From Azolla caroliniana (taxonomy: Eukaryota > Plantae > Polypodiophyta), in assembly GCA_043228905.1 (NCBI GenBank), contig JBHGNT010000009.1, positions 20,212,001 to 20,276,000 on the forward strand: DNA of 64,000 nt. Reading direction: 5' to 3'. Positions 63,720 to 64,000 of the stretch are shown piece by piece. The notes below the pieces were generated by a model. That model had not been told where the DNA came from and did no database searches. It saw only the letters and a program-made list of their open reading frames with translations. Each line of letters begins with the position of its first letter. The stretch's first letter is position 1. A program made the translations under genes and the position numbers.

Positions 63720-64000
63720 ATGGAGGAGGAGGAGGAGGAGGAGGAGGAGGCAGAAGAGCAGCAGCATGTCCTGCGAGAGGTGTGTGGTCAAGGCGGGTTC
63801 GCGTATGCTTCCATGGTAACGCGCGCCGCAGAGGGCGATTGCGGCGCCGCTGATGCCGCCCACGAGATGGCGTGGGAACAGCTCCATTCGGGGCCATGGC
63901 ACGCCGTCCATCCCGCTTGGCGTGACGCTTACTCCCTCTCCTGCCTCCACTTGGCTGCTACCCATCTTCATGATGCCCGCGCAGCCCTCCGAGTCCTGGA
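63720..64000 (+). CDS. JMJ30: JmjC-domain protein JMJ30/JMJD5, 5' part only (runs off the window)
   Basis: Manual translation: [89 protein letters not shown]...WRDAY is the conserved JMJ30 N-terminal signature. Confidence 0.9.
   Translation, partial: MEEEEEEEEEAEEQQHVLREVCGQGGFAYASMVTRAAEGDCGAADAAHEMAWEQLHSGPWHAVHPAWRDAYSLSCLHLAATHLHDARAALRVL

Overview
Plant nuclear DNA with AT-rich introns, about 10 genes in 64 kb, and one 100-N gap at 41973-42072. The 36-aa L-type PPR motifs and the RTEX-like LINE suggest a seed-free vascular plant, probably a compact-genome fern; this is inference only. Genes in order: an 11S/legumin-like bicupin storage protein (+); a ~1010-aa acidic protein with two PTM/DIR17-like Tudor domains (+); an EH1/Pan1-like endocytic protein (+); an intron-poor TRF4/PAPD5-like nucleotidyltransferase (-) head-to-head with RETINOBLASTOMA-RELATED (+); RPS24 (+); a group VIII ERF whose AP2 domain and EAR motif lie in different frames (+); a PLS-E PPR protein (+); an alkaline phytoceramidase-like gene (+); and the 5' end of JMJ30 (+), which the ORF track misses. 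Mobile DNA: a decayed full-length RTEX-like LINE inside a duplicated JMJ30 upstream segment, a related LINE 3' fragment, a tRNA-derived SINE with an 18-bp TSD, and three intronic copies of one MITE family. The most striking non-coding structure is in the RBR/TRF4 intergenic region: 12 CCACGT cores, five of them CCACGTGG palindromes at exact 12-bp spacing, next to a G-run and a canonical E2F site. I found no clearly new multi-gene system; the findings are hypotheses. Exon coordinates were read by eye and no database searches were run.
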